Positions 23,106-27,209 of a stretch of DNA of 27,209 nucleotides are shown piece by piece. Where the stretch lies: the NCBI GenBank assembly GCA_035387745.1, contig DAOOON010000007.1, positions 8,526-35,734 of the forward strand, written 5' to 3'. The stretch is from an archaeon. Its GTDB lineage: Archaea; Iainarchaeota; Iainarchaeia; Iainarchaeales; CSSED10-239. Both the position numbers and the translations under genes were made by a program. A model generated the notes under the pieces. That model saw only the letters and a program-made list of their open reading frames with translations, made no database searches and was not told the origin of the DNA. Position 1 is the stretch's first letter; each line of letters opens with the position of its first letter.

Positions 23106-24476
23106 ATGTTTAAACAAACAAAAAAAAATAGTTTTGTTGATGAGAGCAACAAGGTAAAAATTATTTATAGTAAATCTCTATTTTCTAAACTGGACAAATC
23201 TTGTATAGAACAACTTTATTCTATTTCCAAATTACCAGGAATCTGCGATTATGTTTATGGCTTTCCGGATCTTCATGTAGGCCACGGCGCACCAGTTGGT
23301 TCTTGTTTTGTAGTAAATGCTGATAATGATCCAATAATTAGTCCAAAAGCAATAGGCACAGATATAAATTGTGGTATTCGCCTTATTAGAACTAATCTTA
23401 AATCAAAAGACCTTTCTGAAAAGCAATACAAAGAAATAGTAAAGGCCTTTGAAAAACTTCCGCTTGGTCTTTCAAAAGACGGCGTAAAGATAACAAAGCA
23501 AGACTTAACTGACATTTGTTATCAAGGCTTAGAATGGGCAGTAAAAAATAGTTATGCTGATAAGTTCGATAAGTTATATGTTTATAGACAGGGTTGCTTT
23601 CGCGACGCAAGTCCAAAATATCTATCAAAAGCAGCAATAGAAAAAGGCCTAACTCAGCTTGGAACTCTTGGTCAAGGCAATCATTTTATTGATCTTTTGG
23701 TTGTAGATAAAGTTTTTGATAAAAAGTTTTGTAAAAGGCACAAGATTGAAAAAGACCAAATTCTAATTGTGCTTCACACTGGTTCTCGTGGCCTCGGGTA
23801 TCAGGTTGCTGAAGAGTTTACAAAGATATGTAAACACAAAGACCCAATTGAGTATTTATATCTAAATTCTAAAGATGGCCAGCACTATTATAAGACAATG
23901 TGCGCCGCAGCTAATTATGCTTTTGTAAATAGGGCGGTTCTTTCTAAAAAAGTTGTAGACGCTTTAGAAAAAACACTAAATCTTGGACGCGGAGACATCA
24001 ACGCTCGCCTTCTATACGACTGCTCACACAATTTTGCAAAACTTGAAACCCACAATAAGAAAAGATATTTGGTTACAAGAAAAGGGGCAGTTAGAGGAAT
24101 AATTTCAGAAAGGCTTTCTGATAATTCAGAGTTTTTAGAAACTGGAACGCCAGTAATTTTGCCAGGGTCAATGCTTGACGATACCTTTGTTATTTTGCCA
24201 AAAGAAAAAATCAGAACAGAAACCTTTTCCACGCTCCCTCACGGTTGTGGCAGAGTTATGTCTAGAGAAAAAGCAAAAGAGAAGATCTCAGCAAGCGATT
24301 TAAAGCAAAAGCTATTAAAAAAAGGAATTTATCTTTCTGGTCATTCTGAAAATGTCCTAAGAGAAGAGCAACCAGAAGCTTACAAGTCCTCAAAAGAGGT
24401 TGTTGATTCAATGGTGGACGCTCGCCTTTGTAAAAAAGCATTTAGTCTTAGACCAAAGGTTGTAATTACTGGTTAA
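23106..24476 (+). CDS. rtcB: RNA 3'-phosphate ligase RtcB (tRNA-splicing ligase)
   Basis: GFPDLHVGHGAPVGS, GTDINCGIR, GQGNHFIDL, HTGSRGLGYQV, CSHNFA, LPGSM, PHGCGR and EEQPEAYK match the RtcB metal/GMP-binding motifs. Confidence 0.95.
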   Translation: MFKQTKKNSFVDESNKVKIIYSKSLFSKLDKSCIEQLYSISKLPGICDYVYGFPDLHVGHGAPVGSCFVVNADNDPIISPKAIGTDINCGIRLIRTNLKSKDLSEKQYKEIVKAFEKLPLGLSKDGVKITKQDLTDICYQGLEWAVKNSYADKFDKLYVYRQGCFRDASPKYLSKAAIEKGLTQLGTLGQGNHFIDLLVVDKVFDKKFCKRHKIEKDQILIVLHTGSRGLGYQVAEEFTKICKHKDPIEYLYLNSKDGQHYYKTMCAAANYAFVNRAVLSKKVVDALEKTLNLGRGDINARLLYDCSHNFAKLETHNKKRYLVTRKGAVRGIISERLSDNSEFLETGTPVILPGSMLDDTFVILPKEKIRTETFSTLPHGCGRVMSREKAKEKISASDLKQKLLKKGIYLSGHSENVLREEQPEAYKSSKEVVDSMVDARLCKKAFSLRPKVVITG

Positions 24477-24494
24477 AAAAATCTGTGAAAATTT

Positions 24495-25508
24495 ATGCAC
24501 GACATAAAGCTACTTTCTTGTAGATCTGGTGAGCATTTTGCAAACAACGTTTTAAAATATCTTAATGAATTGCTTTTAGAAAACAACGAGCCAGAAATAA
24601 CTTTGACTCCTATTCAAGAGATTAGATTTGCAAATACAGAAATAAAATCAAATATTCTAGAGTCTATAAGAGGAAGTAATGTCTTTATTATTCAGGATGT
24701 TTCAAATTCAATTTATGCAATGTCGGTTGATGATAATCTCAGAGCTTTAACAACTTTAATCGATGCAGCAAGAGTTGCAAGTGCAAAAGAAATAACAGTA
24801 ATTGTTCCTGTCTTTCCTTATGCTCGCCAAGACAAAATTTGGGGCAGAGAATGCTTAACAGCAAGGCTTGTTTCTAGAGAGATGGAACTAGCCGGTGCAA
24901 GAACAATCCTTTCTTTAGATATTCACAATCCTGCAATTGCTGGTTTTTTCAAGTATGCAATTCTTGAAAACCTTTATGCTCGTAAGGCTATTAAAAAATA
25001 CATACTTGATAATGTTTCTCTTAATAATCTTTTAATTTCTTCTCCAGATGTTGGCGGTATGAAAAGAGCAACAGTTCTAGCTTCAAAGCTTGGTGTGGGT
25101 GCAATAACAATCTACAAAGAACGCGACTATTCTAAAATCAACCAAGTAGAAACCATGGAAGTTATTGGTAAAGTTAAAGATAAAGACGTTTTTTTGATTG
25201 ACGACATCCTAGATACTGGCGGGACAGTCTATAATGCAGTAAAATCTCTTAAAGAAAAAGGCGCAAATAAAGTTTATTTTGCTTGTTCTCTTTGTTTATT
25301 AAATGGAAGCGCTGTTGAAAGAATGGATGAACTTTATGATAACGGCCTTCTTGAAAAAATCATAGCAACAGACGCAGTATATATTGAAAAAGACTTTATA
25401 GAGAAACACCCTTGGCTAGAAGTTATTCCAATAAGTGATTACTTTGCAAAAGCAATTTTTAATATTCATTTTAAGAAATCCATAAATCAGTTGTTTGACA
25501 AGGACTAA
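24495..25508 (+). CDS. prs: ribose-phosphate pyrophosphokinase (PRPP synthetase)
   Basis: VIVPVFPYARQDK and the PRPP-binding loop FLIDDILDTGGT. The length and layout are typical. Confidence 0.92.
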   Translation: MHDIKLLSCRSGEHFANNVLKYLNELLLENNEPEITLTPIQEIRFANTEIKSNILESIRGSNVFIIQDVSNSIYAMSVDDNLRALTTLIDAARVASAKEITVIVPVFPYARQDKIWGRECLTARLVSREMELAGARTILSLDIHNPAIAGFFKYAILENLYARKAIKKYILDNVSLNNLLISSPDVGGMKRATVLASKLGVGAITIYKERDYSKINQVETMEVIGKVKDKDVFLIDDILDTGGTVYNAVKSLKEKGANKVYFACSLCLLNGSAVERMDELYDNGLLEKIIATDAVYIEKDFIEKHPWLEVIPISDYFAKAIFNIHFKKSINQLFDKD

Positions 25509-25516
25509 TTTTTAGG

Positions 25517-25536
25517 TTATAATCTGATTATAATCT
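25517..25536 (+). promoter_or_regulatory. direct repeat TTATAATCT-ga-TTATAATCT (11-bp phasing), candidate operator/promoter of the Zn-ribbon/AbrB gene
   Basis: Read directly at 25517..25525 and 25528..25536, 49-68 nt upstream of ATG 25585. Confidence 0.35.
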
Positions 25537-25584
25537 AATTCTTATTTAAATATTTCTAGGTTTGGGCGAAGAAGAGGAAAAGAT

Positions 25585-25767
25585 ATGGAAAACGAAATAA
25601 AGTGTCATTTTTGTGGCGGAACAGCAATAATTAAATATAGAAATGTGGTCCTTGATGATGGGAAAATAACAATAAAATACGAGTCGTATTATGAATTTAA
25701 GAAATGTAAAGAACAGTTTTGTACAAGCGAGCAAATGTTTACTTTAGATAAAAGACTTCACGAGTAA
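25585..25767 (+). CDS. YgiT/MqsA-type zinc-ribbon domain protein (N-terminal part of a Zn-ribbon/AbrB gene)
   Basis: CHFC...(beta-rich spacer)...CKEQFC is a 4-Cys arrangement, as in YgiT-type zinc fingers. The ORF ends at TAA 25765..25767, and the same frame stays open downstream. Confidence 0.55.
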   Translation: MENEIKCHFCGGTAIIKYRNVVLDDGKITIKYESYYEFKKCKEQFCTSEQMFTLDKRLHE

Positions 25768-25914
25768 TTTGCTTTTAAAAGAAACGTTATTGTAGCCGGT
25801 AAAAGTCTTGCTATAACTCTTCCGGCAGACATAGTAACTCATTACAAAATCAAGAAAGGCAAAAAAGTAAGTATTCTTGCAGAACCAAAGGGTCTAAAGA
25901 TACGTTTTGATTAA
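25768..25914 (+). other. AbrB/SpoVT-like (swapped-hairpin) DNA-binding domain coding segment without its own start codon, in frame behind the TAA
   Basis: In-frame translation FAFKRNVIVAGKSLAITLPADIVTHYKIKKGKKVSILAEPKGLKIRFD* fits the AbrB/MazE pattern (K.G.S..ItlP.....h..i.kGd.v.i). There is no in-frame ATG, GTG or TTG. Confidence 0.5.
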
Positions 25915-25976
25915 AAACAACAACTATTTATAAATTATTTGTTGTTTCTTTTATTAAAACAAAAAAGTTATAATTT

Positions 25977-26294
25977 ATGGAATCTACAGCAATCTTAATT
26001 GTTTTAATTATTAATTCTGTTCTTTTGATATTATTATTTGTATTTATGATAAGGTTTGTTGTTAATAAATTTAAAGAACAGATAACAGACACAAATGAAA
26101 GATTAAAAGACATAGAGGCAAAATACAATAAACTAGACATTCAGTTCTCCAGAATTTCTGCTCTTCATGTTTCTCAACAGAAAAATGATATCTCAAAAGA
26201 TATAGAAAAAGTAAAGCTTGTTGTTCAAGGCATAGATAAGAAAACAGAAAAGATCTATAAAAGAACAGAAAAGATGTACGGCAAGAAGCAATAA
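25977..26294 (+). CDS. small membrane-anchored coiled-coil protein, hypothetical
   Basis: N-terminal TM AILIVLIINSVLLILLFVFMIRFVV followed by a charged helical region. Preferred over the low-complexity antisense ORF 25928..26140. Confidence 0.5.
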   Translation: MESTAILIVLIINSVLLILLFVFMIRFVVNKFKEQITDTNERLKDIEAKYNKLDIQFSRISALHVSQQKNDISKDIEKVKLVVQGIDKKTEKIYKRTEKMYGKKQ

Positions 26295-26355
26295 CTTTCT
26301 ATTTTTTAAATGCTTTGTTTTATTTATTATGTTATATGCTTAAATGTGATGTGTT

Positions 26356-26868
26356 ATGGGTATTTTAAGAAGAACAACAACTATAAAAAAACCAGCAGTT
26401 AAAAGAACTGTCAAACCAAAAGCAACTAGAATAAAAGGGACAATAAAGATATCTGAGCCAACAAGAGTACTTTTACAAAAGAAAAATCACGTCTTTATAT
26501 TAGAATCAAAATTTAAACCCCTAGCAAAAGAATATCCTGAATCTAAGAAGTATGTTGCTTTAATTTCAAATGTTTATCTAAATGCAGAAAAAGAAATTTT
26601 AGCTCTAAGAGAAAGAGCCAAAGGACACCACAATATTTCTCCATTAATAGATCTTTTAGAAGGCCGCTACAAGCAAGTATCTAAAAACCTAATTAATTTT
26701 ATTAATGAGCCAAAGCCAAATATTTTTAGATTCATGGAAGTTGAGATGCAGGCTTCTAATTATTTAAAAGAGCATAAGCAAATAGAAGAAATATTAAGCC
26801 CTAAGCCAACTATTAGAGGAAGCGGGCATCCTGGAAAAGGCGATTATAATCCAAGAAGACGCAGTTAA
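26356..26868 (+). CDS. hypothetical basic protein
   Basis: A 170-aa ORF with K/R-rich N- and C-termini. No recognisable motif. Confidence 0.45.
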   Translation: MGILRRTTTIKKPAVKRTVKPKATRIKGTIKISEPTRVLLQKKNHVFILESKFKPLAKEYPESKKYVALISNVYLNAEKEILALRERAKGHHNISPLIDLLEGRYKQVSKNLINFINEPKPNIFRFMEVEMQASNYLKEHKQIEEILSPKPTIRGSGHPGKGDYNPRRRS

Positions 26869-27167
26869 AATAAAGTTTTTTGAACAAATGGTATTTCTTG
26901 TTCTTTTAATATTTCTATTTCTTTAGCTTTTTTTTCTTCTTCAGAAAAACAAATGAACGGCACGCCATAGTGTCCACCACCGCCTGGTCTAAAAACCACT
27001 AGCCCTTTTCTAAAAGCAATAACATATTTAGCAACGTCTTCATCTATTTCTTTTAGCTTTTCTTCAGGCAGTTCTAGCATGATTTCTATTTCTGTATATT
27101 TTGTAATTAGTTTTTTGTATTTCTCTAAAACTCTTTTATTATAAAGTTCTCCTTTCCCAATTTTCAT
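26865..27167 (-). CDS. hypothetical protein
   Basis: A 100-aa ORF. The only notable motif is the glycine loop RPGGGGHYGVPF. It overlaps the previous gene convergently by 4 nt (TTAA). Confidence 0.4.
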   Translation of the reverse strand: MKIGKGELYNKRVLEKYKKLITKYTEIEIMLELPEEKLKEIDEDVAKYVIAFRKGLVVFRPGGGGHYGVPFICFSEEEKKAKEIEILKEQEIPFVQKTLF

Positions 27168-27209
27168 TTGAATAATTTGAGCAAGTGGTATTAGATATTT
27201 ATATTCTGG

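Noticed and set aside
25546-25734. 62-aa minus-strand ORF, and 25928..26140 minus-strand ORF
   Set aside because: Both are antisense to ORFs with better features (a 4-Cys zinc ribbon; TM plus coiled coil) and have low-complexity hydrophobic composition.
25765-25767. Stop-codon reassignment (alternative genetic code) as the explanation for the in-frame TAA
   Set aside because: TAA terminates most well-supported genes here (tfe, trm56, mutS, mutL, tuf, rps10 and others). TAG and TGA also terminate genes (the 390-aa and 1173-aa ORFs). The standard code therefore fits.
25977-26294. The small TM/coiled-coil protein as the toxin partner of the Zn-ribbon/AbrB antitoxin-like gene
   Set aside because: It has no PIN, MazF, RelE, HEPN or other toxin-like motif. 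It is separated by a 62-nt spacer with its own AT-rich upstream region. There is no evidence for a TA pair.
1-27209. CRISPR arrays, IS elements/transposases, integrases next to the tRNA genes, prophage or known defence genes
   Set aside because: I looked for regularly spaced direct repeats, terminal inverted repeats and recombinase/transposase motifs on both strands and found none. The tRNA-adjacent genes are housekeeping (tfe, trm56, mutS).

Overview
This is a very AT-rich, tightly packed archaeal chromosomal segment. I read it as a small-genome DPANN-type archaeon. That is an inference from archaeal EF-1alpha, TFE, aTrm56, Elp3, RtcB, a class III (pilin-type) signal peptide, GGAGG/GGTGA ribosome-binding sites and ATATAT-type TATA boxes. 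Contents in order: an initiator-like tRNA-Met (-), TFE (-) and aTrm56 (-). A tRNA-Lys(UUU)/tRNA-Lys(CUU)/tRNA-Phe(GAA) cluster then runs straight into a bacterial-type mutS-mutL operon (+). Next is a long co-directional minus-strand array (13881 down to 5879) holding three secreted or anchored envelope proteins (284, 1173 and 390 aa), Elp3, and a small wHTH plus CARF-like gene pair. After that come Taw3, an SPFH/stomatin protein, a DUF373-like membrane protein and a PRC-barrel protein. A pilin-signal/GLUG-repeat adhesin gene follows, broken by a 5-bp tandem duplication. Then come a TM-coiled-coil protein translationally coupled to a truncated NFACT (Rqc2/RqcH-like) protein, EF-1alpha-S10, RtcB and PRPP synthetase. 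The window ends with a zinc-ribbon/AbrB gene interrupted by an in-frame TAA and three small orphan genes. I saw no CRISPR array, transposase, integrase, rRNA or recognisable defence gene. Most of the window is housekeeping. The parts worth a second look are the duplication-switched adhesin, the giant doubly anchored envelope protein module, complete MutS/MutL in this kind of archaeon apparently transcribed behind tRNAs, the NFACT half-protein operon, the split wHTH/CARF-like pair and the in-frame stop in the Zn-ribbon/AbrB gene. All domain calls are motif recognition by eye. No searches or computations were run, so no truly novel system is demonstrated.
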